DNA of 64,000 nt from an uncultured Chloroflexia bacterium. GTDB lineage: Bacteria > Chloroflexota > Limnocylindria > Limnocylindrales > CSP1-4. Location of the stretch: NCBI GenBank assembly GCA_963708015.1, contig OY970185.1, positions 2,135,402 to 2,199,401 on the forward strand, given 5' to 3'. How positions within the stretch are numbered: position 1 is the first letter of the stretch; each line of letters starts with the position of its first letter. Of the stretch, positions 27,170 through 37,310 are shown piece after piece. The translations under genes were made by a program, and so were the position numbers. The notes under the pieces were generated by a model. That model did no database searches and was not told the origin of the DNA. It saw only the letters and a program-made list of their open reading frames with translations.

Positions 27170-27634
27170 GTGTCCCTCAACAAGGCGATGATCATCGGCA
27201 ACCTCGGCCGAGATCCCGAAATGCGCTACACCCCGAGCGGGCAGGCCGTGACCCAGTTCACGGTCGCCGTGAACCGGAACTACAAGGGCCAGAACGGCGA
27301 GTGGCAGGAAGAGACCGAGTGGTTCCGGGTGGTCGTCTGGGGCCAGCAGGCCGAGCGTGCCGCCGAATACCTCCGCAAGGGCAACAAGGTCTACGTCGAA
27401 GGCCGCCTCCAGACCCGCCAGTGGGAGGACAAGGACGGCCAGAAGCGCTATACGACCGAGCTTGTCGCGAACCAGGTCACGAACCTCGAGCGGCGCAACC
27501 GCGACGAGGAAGGTGATCCAGGTCCGGCCGGCGCGGCCAGCCCGCCGCGGCCCGCCCGCCCGGCCCGAAGCGACGAGCCGGCCGGCACGGCCGACCGCCT
27601 CGACGAGGGCAACTTCGACGACCTGCCGTTCTGA
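27170..27634 (+). CDS. ssb: single-stranded DNA-binding protein
   Basis: VSLNKAMIIGNLGRDPEMRYTPSGQAVTQFTVAVNR... OB fold, Gly/Pro tail ending DDLPF. Confidence 0.9.
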   Translation: MSLNKAMIIGNLGRDPEMRYTPSGQAVTQFTVAVNRNYKGQNGEWQEETEWFRVVVWGQQAERAAEYLRKGNKVYVEGRLQTRQWEDKDGQKRYTTELVANQVTNLERRNRDEEGDPGPAGAASPPRPARPARSDEPAGTADRLDEGNFDDLPF

Positions 27635-27705
27635 CCGCCCACTGACGAAGCCTGACCAGACCTGACCGTCCGAAGGACGCGACCACCCGGGAGACCTGAA
27701 GACCG

Positions 27706-27978
27706 ATGCCGCCGATCCAGAGCAAATCGAAGAAGCGCGATGACTACTACCGCGACCGGCGCCGCCGGAAGGTCTGCGCGTTCTGCGCCGACAAGACGGT
27801 CCTGATCGACTACAAGGAGGTCAACCGCCTCCGGCGCTATCTGTCCGAGCGGGCCAAGATCGAGCCGCGCCGCAAGACCGGCACCTGCGCCGGGCATCAG
27901 CGCGAGCTGTCGGTGGCCCTCAAGCGGGCCCGCCACGTGGCCCTCCTGCCCTACGCCCCGCAGCACCTGCGGCCCTGA
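27706..27978 (+). CDS. rpsR: 30S ribosomal protein S18
   Basis: [55 protein letters not shown]. Confidence 0.9.
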   Translation: MPPIQSKSKKRDDYYRDRRRRKVCAFCADKTVLIDYKEVNRLRRYLSERAKIEPRRKTGTCAGHQRELSVALKRARHVALLPYAPQHLRP

Positions 27979-28086
27979 TCTGGCGTGAACCAGGCGACCA
28001 CCGGCGGTCCTCGTCGGCCGGGTGGTCGGGCAGCGGCCTGAGGTGATCCCGGGCCGGTTGGTCGCACTCGGCCGGGGGCCGGCCGG

Positions 28087-29214
28087 ATGACCCTCGCCCT
28101 GCTCGTCATTGCCTTCGTCCTGATTCTCGTCGGCGCCGAGCTGTTCACCAACGGGGTCGAATGGCTGGGCCACCTCCTCGGCCTGGGCGAGGGAGCGGTC
28201 GGCTCGGTCCTCGCCGCGGTCGGCACGGCCCTGCCCGAGACGATGATCCCGCTCGTGGCGATCGTGTTCGGCGCCGGCGCCAGCTCCGACGCGGTCGGAA
28301 TCGGGGCGATCCTCGGGGCGCCGTTCATGCTGGCGACCCTGGCCATGTTCGTGACCGGCGCGGCCGTGGTCTGGCGGATGCGCCACGGCAGCCCGGGTGC
28401 GCACGCGGGCAACACCCCGGCCGATGGCTCGCCGGCCGACCCGGCGAGGGCCCAGGCCCGCCCGGCCGGGGATCTCCTCGCGGTCGACCCGAAGGTCGTC
28501 GGCCACGACCTGCGAGCCTTCGGACTGATCTACCTCCTGGCGATCTCGGTCGCGTTCCTGCCGGCCGACCTCAGCACGCCGCGCTGGCTCATGGCGGGCG
28601 TCCTCGTGATCGCCTACGGCCGGTACGTGGCCGGCCACCTCGGCGATCCGCCCGCAGACGACGTCGAGCTGCCCGGTCCGCTTCGCTTCCAGCTGCGCCG
28701 GGGACCGGCGGACGGGGCCGCCCTCGGGGTGCCCGGCCTGGCCCTCGTGCTGGTCCAGGTGGCGCTGGCACTGGCTGCGATCATCGGCGGGGCGGTCGTG
28801 TTCGTCGACGCGATCGAAACCCTCGCTCGGGGGATCGGCCTCGACGAGACCCTCCTGAGCCTGGTCATCGCCCCGATCGCCACGGAGCTGCCCGAGAAGC
28901 TCAACAGCGTGATCTGGATCGGACGCTGGAAGGACACCCTGGCCCTGGGCAACATCACCGGGGCGATGGTCTTCCAGGCGGCCATCCCGACCTCGATCGC
29001 GCTGATCTTCGCCTCGAGCCAGTGGTCGATCACGAGCGACTCGCTGATCGCATTCGCCTCGGCCGGGGTCGCCCTCGCCTCGACAGCGCTCATCTTCGTG
29101 CCGATGGTCCGCTCAGGCAGCCTGCACGGCCGAAGGCTCCTGATCGGGGGCGTCTTCTACCTTGCCCAGCTGGGCCTCGTCGTGTTGAACCTGAGCGGGC
29201 TGGCCGGCAGCTAG
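28087..29214 (+). CDS. Ca2+/Na+ antiporter (CaCA family, YrbG-like)
   Basis: Two Na_Ca_ex alpha-repeats (GAELFTNGVEWLG..., GALPETMIPLVAI..., second repeat ETLLSLVIAPIATELPEKLNSVIW). Confidence 0.8.
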   Translation: MTLALLVIAFVLILVGAELFTNGVEWLGHLLGLGEGAVGSVLAAVGTALPETMIPLVAIVFGAGASSDAVGIGAILGAPFMLATLAMFVTGAAVVWRMRHGSPGAHAGNTPADGSPADPARAQARPAGDLLAVDPKVVGHDLRAFGLIYLLAISVAFLPADLSTPRWLMAGVLVIAYGRYVAGHLGDPPADDVELPGPLRFQLRRGPADGAALGVPGLALVLVQVALALAAIIGGAVVFVDAIETLARGIGLDETLLSLVIAPIATELPEKLNSVIWIGRWKDTLALGNITGAMVFQAAIPTSIALIFASSQWSITSDSLIAFASAGVALASTALIFVPMVRSGSLHGRRLLIGGVFYLAQLGLVVLNLSGLAGS

Positions 29215-29221
29215 GGCGGGC

Positions 29222-30310
29222 CTAGGCCTGGTTGATCGGGGTCAGCCAGTGCTTGAACTCGGGCAGCCGGCCGCGGGCGGCATCGAAGTACATCGTGGCG
29301 ATCGCCCGGCCGATCGGGCCGACCTGGCCCGAACCCACCTTGCGATGATCGACCTCGATGACCGGTGAGACCTGGACGCCGGTCCCGCACAGGAAGATCT
29401 CGTCGGCGATGTACAGCTCCGATCGGTCGATCGAGCGGATCTCGACCGGCAGCCCGCGGGCCTCGCACAGGGTGATCATCGCCCGCCGCGTGATCCCCTC
29501 GAGGATGTCGTCCGAGACCGGTGGGGTCAGGACGATTCCGTCGCGGACGACGAACAGGTTGGCGGCCGAAGCCTCCGAGACATGGCCCGAGGCGGTCATC
29601 ACGATCGCCTCGTCGAAGCCGTTCATCTCGGCCTCCGACTTCTGGAAGGCCATGTTGACGTAGCCCCCGGTGATCTTGCCCCGCGCCGGCAGGGCCTCGT
29701 CGGCGTTCCGGCGCCAGGACGAGGTCATCACCCGGATCCCGCCCTCGGTCTCGATGTAGTTGCCGAAGGGCACGGCGACGACGCACAGGTCGTGCTCCAG
29801 GTGGTGGAGCCGGACGCCGATCGCCCGGGTCGACTTGTAGAACGAGGGCCGGATGTAGACGTCCTCGTGGAAGCCGTTCCGGCGGACGACCTCAGTGATG
29901 ATCGAGACGAGCTCGTCCACGCTCGGGATCGGCTCCATCAGCATGATCCGGCAGGAGTGCCGGATCCGCTCAACGTGCTCCCGCAGAAACAGCCCGTACA
30001 GCTGCTGCTGGTCGGCGTTCCAGTACGCCCGGATACCCTCGAACACCGCCGTGCCGTACATGAACGCGTGGGTCATGATGCTGATCCGGGCGTCGCGCAT
30101 CGGGACGTAGCCACCCTGGAAGTAGCAGGTCAGCGACTCGATGTCGACCGGCGCTGGCGCTGCCGCTTCGACCGGGGCCGGGCTGGCGATCGACCCGGCG
30201 CGGCGCGCGGTCGTGGTCTCGGTGGGCTTGTCGGTCAGCATCGGCCAAGGCTCCTGTAGTGATCGCCGGGCGGGCTGCCCGGCGCTCGACGGATCGAGCC
30301 GGGCCATCAT
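29222..30310 (-). CDS. ilvE: branched-chain amino acid aminotransferase
   Basis: Fold-type IV PLP motifs (FMYGTAVFEGIRAY, EASAANLFVV, GITRRAMITLCE); ~40-aa N-terminal extension. Confidence 0.85.
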   Translation of the reverse strand: MMARLDPSSAGQPARRSLQEPWPMLTDKPTETTTARRAGSIASPAPVEAAAPAPVDIESLTCYFQGGYVPMRDARISIMTHAFMYGTAVFEGIRAYWNADQQQLYGLFLREHVERIRHSCRIMLMEPIPSVDELVSIITEVVRRNGFHEDVYIRPSFYKSTRAIGVRLHHLEHDLCVVAVPFGNYIETEGGIRVMTSSWRRNADEALPARGKITGGYVNMAFQKSEAEMNGFDEAIVMTASGHVSEASAANLFVVRDGIVLTPPVSDDILEGITRRAMITLCEARGLPVEIRSIDRSELYIADEIFLCGTGVQVSPVIEVDHRKVGSGQVGPIGRAIATMYFDAARGRLPEFKHWLTPINQA

Positions 30311-30389
30311 ACAGCGGCCCCGGCGGGCTTCCGGGTTGAGCGCCGGCCGGCTTCGCGGGCGGGCCGCGCGGGGCAGACTCCGCCCTTGG

Positions 30390-32192
30390 TCAGGGGCCGG
30401 CCGGGGCGACCAGGTTTGGCGTGGCCTTGCCGGTGGTCACGATGATGTCGACTGTGACCGACGGGTCGTTGACCAGCTGGGCCTGGACCCCGAAGACCTT
30501 CTCGAGCAGGGCGACCGTGACGGGCAACGAGGTTTCCCGGCCGTTGTAGACCTTGATCACCGTGTTGGCCGGGTTCGTCGGCGGACGCTGGGTCTGGGCG
30601 ATCGCGGTCAGGCCCTGGTACTCGAGATAGGCCACCAGGCTGTTGGCCTGGCCGGCCTTGCCCGAGCCGTTGACCACCCAGACCGTGCCGTTCTCGGACG
30701 AGACCGAGTCGCGCAGGGCCTCGAGGGTCGGGTCGATCTTGAAGGCGTTGGCGACCGTGCTCCGGATCAGGGCGACCTTCGGGAAGAGGTTCGTCGAGAT
30801 CGGATAGTTTTGCGACTCGAACCGGGGTGGGGCGAAGACGTACGAGCGGATGTTGGCCGTGTTGATCTGGCTCGAGAGCTGGATCAGGGCCGGCAGCTGG
30901 TCGAGCGGAATGTCGGTCTTGAACGACGACTTGAGGGTCGTCAGGAGGGACTGCAGGTTGGCCAGGACGGTCTGCGGGCTGGTCTGCTGGCGGATCGACA
31001 GGATCACCCGCTGCTGGCGCGAGGCCCGGTCGAAGTCGCTCGAGCCGTGCCGCGAGCGGGCATAGATCAGGGCCTCGGCGCCGGTCATGTGCTGGACGCC
31101 GGCGGGAATGTAGACCCGCTCATCAGTCCCGTTGTCGGCGGGATACTGGTCGTCGACGACCGGGTTCTGGACGTCGATCGTGACCCCGCCGAGGGTGTCC
31201 ACGACCTGCTGGAAGCCCTGGAAGTTGACCATCACGTAGTACTGGATGTTCAGGCCGTAGAGCGTTCCCAGGGCTTCCTTGATCGCGTTGTAGCCGCGGG
31301 CGTTGCCCACCCCGGGGAAGGCGTCGGGTCGATTCCGGGCGTTCGTCCAGAGGCTGTTGATCTTGCCCGCATAGACCCGCCCGAAGACACCCTGGGCCGA
31401 GGCCGGCAGGGGCACGTTCACGGTGTCCCGGGGAAGGCTGAACAGGGCCACGTTCTTGGTCACCGGGTCGATCGAGACGACGATCATCGTGTCCGTGTTG
31501 AACGTCTTGTCACCGGCCCGCTGGTCGACCCCGAGGAGCAGGATGTTCAGCCGCTCGGTATGGTTCCAGGCCGCCACGGGCGAGGTCGAGGCGAGCGGCG
31601 TGCCGACCGGCGGCAGGGACAGCGTCGGCGCCGGCGAATCGGTCGCGAGCGGACCGTCGCTCGCTCCGAAGCTCGATCCGTCGCTCGGGTTGGGCGAGGC
31701 CTGGTCGGGCGTGTCGCAGTTTGGATCCTCGATGCACGAGGCGATGTCCTGGGCCTCGCCGCCGTACCGGGCGACGACGGCATGGCTGCCGGCGATGACC
31801 AGCAGGACGGCCGCCAGCCCCGCAACCGAGAGCGGGTTCAGCCGGATCCGGCGCCGGCCCAGCCGGCCGTCACCGGCCACATCCTGGGCATTGACGAAGG
31901 CGACGACCCGGTAGGCATCGATCGCGGCGATCGCCCGGTAGACCAGGGCGACCAGGTTGCCGGCCAGGACCAGCGGCAGGTTGGCCACGATCAGTACGCC
32001 CATGCCGAGCGCGCCGAGCTTGAGGAACATCGCGACGCTCAGGACGAGCAGCAGGAGCGGCGCCGCGGCAAACCCGATCGCCCGGGTCCAGGCCCCGGCA
32101 TAGGCGTGGCCCAGGCCGGGGAAGATCAGGGACAGGAAGGCCGCCGCGAAGGCCGACGGCTGGCGCGGGCGCGTTGCGTCCGGGGGCTGCAT
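30390..32192 (-). CDS. LytR-CpsA-Psr (LCP) family cell-envelope phosphotransferase with N-terminal TM region
   Basis: LCP core LLLGVDQRAGDKTFNTDTMIVVSIDPVTKNVALFSLPRDTVNVPL; start placed at internal ATG (MQPPDATRP...) before the first TM rather than at the extended track ORF. Confidence 0.75.
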   Translation of the reverse strand: MQPPDATRPRQPSAFAAAFLSLIFPGLGHAYAGAWTRAIGFAAAPLLLLVLSVAMFLKLGALGMGVLIVANLPLVLAGNLVALVYRAIAAIDAYRVVAFVNAQDVAGDGRLGRRRIRLNPLSVAGLAAVLLVIAGSHAVVARYGGEAQDIASCIEDPNCDTPDQASPNPSDGSSFGASDGPLATDSPAPTLSLPPVGTPLASTSPVAAWNHTERLNILLLGVDQRAGDKTFNTDTMIVVSIDPVTKNVALFSLPRDTVNVPLPASAQGVFGRVYAGKINSLWTNARNRPDAFPGVGNARGYNAIKEALGTLYGLNIQYYVMVNFQGFQQVVDTLGGVTIDVQNPVVDDQYPADNGTDERVYIPAGVQHMTGAEALIYARSRHGSSDFDRASRQQRVILSIRQQTSPQTVLANLQSLLTTLKSSFKTDIPLDQLPALIQLSSQINTANIRSYVFAPPRFESQNYPISTNLFPKVALIRSTVANAFKIDPTLEALRDSVSSENGTVWVVNGSGKAGQANSLVAYLEYQGLTAIAQTQRPPTNPANTVIKVYNGRETSLPVTVALLEKVFGVQAQLVNDPSVTVDIIVTTGKATPNLVAPAGP

Positions 32193-32289
32193 CGCGGGTA
32201 GGATACTCGGACCTCCACTTGTCCGCCGCCGGGGCGATTCCCCACCGGCGTTGGCGAGGGCGAGGTTCCAGACGACCAGCCGAGGCCAG

Positions 32290-35200
32290 ATGTTTCGTCC
32301 CGTCAGCGCCAAGCCCGACTTCATCGCGGCCGAGCACGAGATGCTCGCCCGATGGCGCGAGCGACGGACGTTCGCCCGGCTGCGGGCACAGAACGCGGGC
32401 GGCCCGCGCTGGAGCTTCCTCGACGGCCCGATCACGGCCAACAACCCGATGGGCGTCCACCACGCCTGGGGCCGGGCCTACAAGGATCTCTACCAGCGCT
32501 TCCACGCCATGCTTGGCCATGACCAGCGTTACCAGAACGGGTTCGACTGCCAGGGCCTGTGGGTCGAGGTCAACGTCGAACGCGACCTCGGCTTCACCAG
32601 CAAGAAGGATATCGAGACCTTCGGCATCGCCGAGTTCGTCAGCCTCTGCAAGCAGCGGGTCCTGACCTTCGCCGCGCGCCAGACCGAGCAGTCGATCCGG
32701 CTTGGGATGTGGATGGACTGGAACGACCCGGACGAGCTCCGGCGCCTGCGCGACCTGCTCGCCACGGACCCGTCGGGGCCGGCCTCGATCGAGGGACCGG
32801 ACGGGCCCGTGAGCGACTCGGTCGAGATGCTCGTCGGGCGCCTGGGGATGCCCGAGGTGGGCGGCTCGTACTTCACCTTCAGCAACGAAAACAACGACCT
32901 GATCTGGGGCTTCCTGGCCGAGTGCCATCGGCGGGGCTGGCTGTACAAGGGCCACGACACGATGCCCTGGTGCACCCGCTGCGGGACCGGCATGAGCCAG
33001 CACGAGATGACCGAGGGCTACCGCGACCGGGACGATCCCGGGCTGACGATCAAGCTGCCCCTCGTTGATCGACCGGGCGAATCGCTTCTCGTCTGGACGA
33101 CGACGCCGTGGACCCTGACGTCGAACGTCGCCGCGGCCGTCGGGCCGGTCCTGCGCTACGTCCAGGTCCGCCAGGGCGAGTCGATCTACTGGCTGGCCAA
33201 GGGCACCCTGCGGACCGCCCTCGACGTCACTGCCGAGGGGCCCTTCGAGGTGATCGGCGAGCTGGCCGGCTCGGAGCTCGTCGGCTGGCGCTACGAAGGA
33301 CCGTTCGACGATCTGCCGGCCGTCCGGCGGGCCTTCGAGGCGACCGACGGCCGGCTGGCCTGGGAGCACCGGGTCGTCCCCTGGAGCGAGGTTGGCGAGG
33401 CGGAAGGGACCGGGATCGTCCACATTGCCCCGGGCTGCGGGGCCGAGGACTTCGCCCTCGGTCGCGACCTCGGGCTGCCGGTGATCGCCCCGCTGGACGA
33501 GGCCGGGGTCTACGTCGAGGGGTTCGGGCCGTACAGCGGGCGCGACGTCCGGGACGTGACCGAGCCGATCGTCGAGCACCTCCGCCACCACCACCGGTTC
33601 TACCGGCTCGAGACGATCACCCACCGCTATCCGCACTGCTGGCGTTGCGGGACGGCGCTCGTCTTCCGGCTCGTCGACGAGTGGTTCATCCGGATGGGCG
33701 AGGTCTACGACCGACCGCGGGCAGAGCTGACCGCGGCCGAGATCGAGGCCAGCCTGCGGTACCAGATCATGACCGTCGTCGATGACGTCCACTGGATCCC
33801 CGGCTTCGGCTATGACCGGGAGCTCGACTGGCTCCTGAACATGCACGACTGGATGATCTCGAAGAAGCGCTACTACGGCCTGGCCCTGCCGATCTACGAC
33901 TGCCCGGCCTGCGGCACCGTCGAAGTGATCGGCGGCCGGGACGAGCTCCGCGAGCGGGCGGTCGAAGGCTGGCCGGCGTTCGAGGGCCATACGCCCCATC
34001 GGCCGTATGTCGATGCCGTGCGGATCGCCTGTCCGGGCTGCGGCGCCCTGGTCTCCCGCATCCCGGACGTCGGCAATCCCTGGCTCGATGCCGGGATCGT
34101 GCCGTTCTCGACCCTGCATTTCCGCGAGGACCCCGAGTACTGGGCGAAGTGGTTCCCGGCCGACTTCATCAGCGAGAGCTTTCCGGGCCAGTTCCGCAAC
34201 TGGTTCTACGCGATGCTGGCGATGTCGACCGTCCTTCGCCGCGAGGCGCCCTTCCGGACGATCTTCGGCTATGCCACGCTGCTGGCCGAGGACGGCGCGC
34301 CGATGCACAAGAGCGCCGGCAACGCGATCGAGTTCGACGACGCCGCCGAACGGATGGGCGTCGACGTGATGCGCTGGATGTACGCCTCGTCCCGGCCCGA
34401 CGACAACATCCTGTTCGGCTGGCACGCGGCCGATGAGGCGCGCCGGCGGCTGCTCATCCTGTGGAACGTCTATGCCTTCTTCGTGACCTACGCCCGCCTG
34501 GCGGGCTGGTCGTCCAGGGCCGCCGGATCCACGGGGTCGGCTCGACCCGGCGGGCGGCCCGCGATCGACCGCTGGATCCGCTCGCGAGTGGCCGGGCTGG
34601 CCGGGCGGGTCGAGGAGCGGTTGACCGCGTTCGACGCGAACGGCGCGACCGAGGCGATCGAGGAGACGATCGACGACCTGTCGACATGGTACCTGCGTCG
34701 CTCGCGCCGGCGCTTCTCGCGCTCGGATGACCCAGCCGACCGGGAGGCGGCGTTCGCGACGCTCCATGCCGTGCTCGTCAGCCTGGCCCGGGTCATGGCT
34801 CCGCTCCTGCCCTTCCTGACCGACGAGATCTACGACAACCTCGTCGCCGCGGACGATCCGACGGCGCCCGACAGCATCCACCTGACGGCCTGGCCGGCGG
34901 CCGAGCTGGCCGGCGACCGTGATCCCGAACTGGAAGCGGCGATGGCCACGATCCGGCGGGCGGTCGAGCTCGTCCGAGGCCTCCGCTCGGCGGCCGGGAT
35001 CAAGGTCCGCCAGCCCCTGGCCAGGCTCTGGCTGGCCCTGCCGGGCGGCGAGATCGCCGAGCGGAAGGCGCTCCTCGCCCTGCTCGCCGAGGAGGTCAAC
35101 GTCCGCGAGATCGAGCTGATCGGTGACGAGTCGGCCCTGGTCGAACGCCGGGTCCGGCCGCTGCTGCCGAGGATTGGCCGGAAGTTCGGGGATCGAATCC

Positions 35201-35673
35201 CGGCGATCATGGCCGCCGCCCGGGCCGGCGAGTTCGATATCGGCCCGGACGGCGGAGTCGAGCTGGCCGGGGTCCATCTCGAGCCGGACGAGGTCGAGAT
35301 CCTGGCGACCCCCCGGCCGGGCACGGCCGTGGCCCATGACGAAGGGGTGGTCGTCGTGATCGACACCGAGCTGAGCCCGGACCTCCTGGTCGAGGGCGAC
35401 CTGCGCGAGCTGCAGCGGGCCCTCCAGGACCTGCGCCGGGAGGCCGAGCTCGAGCTCGACGCCCGGATCGAGGCCTGGCTCGAGCCGTTCCCGACCAGCC
35501 TTTCGGGCGGCCCGGTCGACGGCGCGGCGGACCGCCTCGAGCGGCTCCGGGCCGACACCCTGGCCGATCGGATCCAGCCAGGCCCGGCACCCGAGGGCCT
35601 CGCCACGGCCCAGGTCGAGCTGAGCAGCGGCCCGGTCCGGCTGGCCTTGCGTCCGCGGGCGAAGGGTCGATAG
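32290..35673 (+). CDS. ileS: isoleucine--tRNA ligase, type 2
   Basis: HMGHA-type motif region, editing domain, KMSKS-like MHKSAGNAIEF, C-terminal type-2 extension; ATG 32290 preferred over TTG 32251. Confidence 0.9.
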   Translation: MFRPVSAKPDFIAAEHEMLARWRERRTFARLRAQNAGGPRWSFLDGPITANNPMGVHHAWGRAYKDLYQRFHAMLGHDQRYQNGFDCQGLWVEVNVERDLGFTSKKDIETFGIAEFVSLCKQRVLTFAARQTEQSIRLGMWMDWNDPDELRRLRDLLATDPSGPASIEGPDGPVSDSVEMLVGRLGMPEVGGSYFTFSNENNDLIWGFLAECHRRGWLYKGHDTMPWCTRCGTGMSQHEMTEGYRDRDDPGLTIKLPLVDRPGESLLVWTTTPWTLTSNVAAAVGPVLRYVQVRQGESIYWLAKGTLRTALDVTAEGPFEVIGELAGSELVGWRYEGPFDDLPAVRRAFEATDGRLAWEHRVVPWSEVGEAEGTGIVHIAPGCGAEDFALGRDLGLPVIAPLDEAGVYVEGFGPYSGRDVRDVTEPIVEHLRHHHRFYRLETITHRYPHCWRCGTALVFRLVDEWFIRMGEVYDRPRAELTAAEIEASLRYQIMTVVDDVHWIPGFGYDRELDWLLNMHDWMISKKRYYGLALPIYDCPACGTVEVIGGRDELRERAVEGWPAFEGHTPHRPYVDAVRIACPGCGALVSRIPDVGNPWLDAGIVPFSTLHFREDPEYWAKWFPADFISESFPGQFRNWFYAMLAMSTVLRREAPFRTIFGYATLLAEDGAPMHKSAGNAIEFDDAAERMGVDVMRWMYASSRPDDNILFGWHAADEARRRLLILWNVYAFFVTYARLAGWSSRAAGSTGSARPGGRPAIDRWIRSRVAGLAGRVEERLTAFDANGATEAIEETIDDLSTWYLRRSRRRFSRSDDPADREAAFATLHAVLVSLARVMAPLLPFLTDEIYDNLVAADDPTAPDSIHLTAWPAAELAGDRDPELEAAMATIRRAVELVRGLRSAAGIKVRQPLARLWLALPGGEIAERKALLALLAEEVNVREIELIGDESALVERRVRPLLPRIGRKFGDRIPAIMAAARAGEFDIGPDGGVELAGVHLEPDEVEILATPRPGTAVAHDEGVVVVIDTELSPDLLVEGDLRELQRALQDLRREAELELDARIEAWLEPFPTSLSGGPVDGAADRLERLRADTLADRIQPGPAPEGLATAQVELSSGPVRLALRPRAKGR

Positions 35674-35677
35674 CCCG

Positions 35678-36265
35678 TTGACCGAGGAGAGCCGCCCGGC
35701 TGTGACTGACATCGCTGAAGAGGCCAGTCCCGACGACCGTCGCGTTGCCGCTCAGGCCACGGTCGTACCGGCCGAGCCCAGCCGGCGCGGGCCCGCCTGG
35801 GGAGTCTTCATCGGCCTCGCGATCCTGGTCTTCGTGGTCGACCAGCTGGCGAAGTCCTGGATCGTGGCCCATGTCGCGCCAGGCCAGTTCGTGGAGGTCG
35901 TGGGCGAGTACGTCCGGCTGACCTTCAGCCAGAACAACGGGGCCCTCTTCGGCCTGTTCAGCAGCTCGGCCATCCTGTTCGCGCTGGGCAGCCTCGTCGT
36001 GCTCGTCCTGATCGTCTGGTACCACGCCCGGGCGCCGCGCAATCTCCTCCTGTCGATCGCCCTGGGCCTGCTCCTGGGCGGTGCCACGAGCAACCTCGTC
36101 GACCGGCTCCGGATCGGCTACGTCGTCGACTTCATCGACATCGGCATCGGCAGCCTGCGCTTCTTCACGTTCAACATCGGCGACTCGGCGATCAGCCTGG
36201 CGATCCTCCTGCTGCTCCTGCTGGCCCTCCGGTCGGAGGGCCGTCCGGTCCGCAGCAGTGGCTGA
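35678..36265 (+). CDS. lspA: lipoprotein signal peptidase II
   Basis: FNIGDSAISLAILLLL and 4 TM topology; ~35-aa N-terminal extension. Confidence 0.8.
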   Translation: MTEESRPAVTDIAEEASPDDRRVAAQATVVPAEPSRRGPAWGVFIGLAILVFVVDQLAKSWIVAHVAPGQFVEVVGEYVRLTFSQNNGALFGLFSSSAILFALGSLVVLVLIVWYHARAPRNLLLSIALGLLLGGATSNLVDRLRIGYVVDFIDIGIGSLRFFTFNIGDSAISLAILLLLLLALRSEGRPVRSSG

Positions 36266-36296
36266 CCCAGCCGACGGACGGGGCCCGCACCCGGCC

Positions 36297-37310
36297 GTGG
36301 CCGAGCCCGGGCAAGTTGCCGGCCAGCCGGCCGGGGTGCGAACGTTCGTCGTCCCGGACGGCCCGGGCAGCCGGCGAGCCGACCGCTTCGTGGCCGACGC
36401 GGCCGGCCTGTCCCGGAGCTACGTCCAGCGCCTGATCTCCGAGGGCCGGCTGACCCGCGGCGGCGCGGCCCTCAAGTCGAACGTGCCGGTCGGCCCGGGC
36501 GAGATCCTCGAGCTGGACGTGCCCGCCCCGGTCAGGCTCGATCTGGCCGGCGAGGCGATCCCCCTGGTGATCGCCTACGAGGACGAGGACCTGCTCGTCG
36601 TCAACAAACCCGCCGGGCTCGTGGTCCATCCTTCGCCCGGCCACGATTCGGGGACCCTGGTCAATGCCCTCCTGGGCCGGGCCGATGGAGCCGACTATGG
36701 CGGGATCGCCGGCGTCCGGCGGCCGGGCATCGTCCACCGCCTCGACCGCGACACGAGCGGCCTGCTGATGGTCGCCAAGACCGATCCCGCCCAGGCCAGC
36801 CTGATGGCCCAGCTCAAGGCGCGCCGGGTCAAGAAGACCTACCTGGCCCTGGTCCAGGGCAGCGTCGCAGCGGCCGTCGGCCGGATCGAGGCGCCGATCG
36901 GCCGGGATCCGAAGCTGCGGACCCGGATGGCCGTGGTCAATGATGGCCGCCCGTCCACGACCGGCTACCGGGTCCGCGAGCGATTCCCGGGCTGGACCCT
37001 GCTCGAGCTCGACCTGATCACGGGCCGGACCCACCAGATCCGGGTCCACCTCGACGCGATCGGCCATCCGATCGCGGGCGACCCGATCTACGGCACCGGC
37101 ACCTCGCGCCGGGGACCGGCCGGGCTCGAGCGGATGTTCCTGCACGCCTGGAGGCTCGAGCTCAGCTCGCCCAGCCGGGGCGACCTGATCCGGGTCACGG
37201 CCGACCTCCCCGACGAGCTCGAGGGCGTGCTCGTGCCCCTGCGCGCCGGTCAATCCGGGATCGCCCGACCGGCCGGGCCGACGGGCGGCCAGCCGGTGAC
37301 CACGCCGTGA
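36297..37310 (+). CDS. rluD: RluA-family 23S rRNA pseudouridine synthase (RluD-like)
   Basis: S4 domain (SRSYVQRLISEGRLTRGG) and catalytic HRLDRDTSGLLMVAKT; start could instead be GTG 36336. Confidence 0.8.
   Translation: MAEPGQVAGQPAGVRTFVVPDGPGSRRADRFVADAAGLSRSYVQRLISEGRLTRGGAALKSNVPVGPGEILELDVPAPVRLDLAGEAIPLVIAYEDEDLLVVNKPAGLVVHPSPGHDSGTLVNALLGRADGADYGGIAGVRRPGIVHRLDRDTSGLLMVAKTDPAQASLMAQLKARRVKKTYLALVQGSVAAAVGRIEAPIGRDPKLRTRMAVVNDGRPSTTGYRVRERFPGWTLLELDLITGRTHQIRVHLDAIGHPIAGDPIYGTGTSRRGPAGLERMFLHAWRLELSSPSRGDLIRVTADLPDELEGVLVPLRAGQSGIARPAGPTGGQPVTTP

Noticed and set aside
32193-32289. T-box leader upstream of ileS
   Set aside because: Intergenic space (~97 bp) is far too short for a T-box riboswitch, and no specifier/T-box consensus was seen.
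31870-35712. 1280-aa minus-strand ORF antisense to ileS; similar long antisense ORFs opposite secF, recJ, yvcK, plsX, smc, ffh
   Set aside because: Arg/Pro/Gly-rich low-complexity translations typical of antisense frames in ~70% GC DNA; the sense strand carries unmistakable conserved genes.
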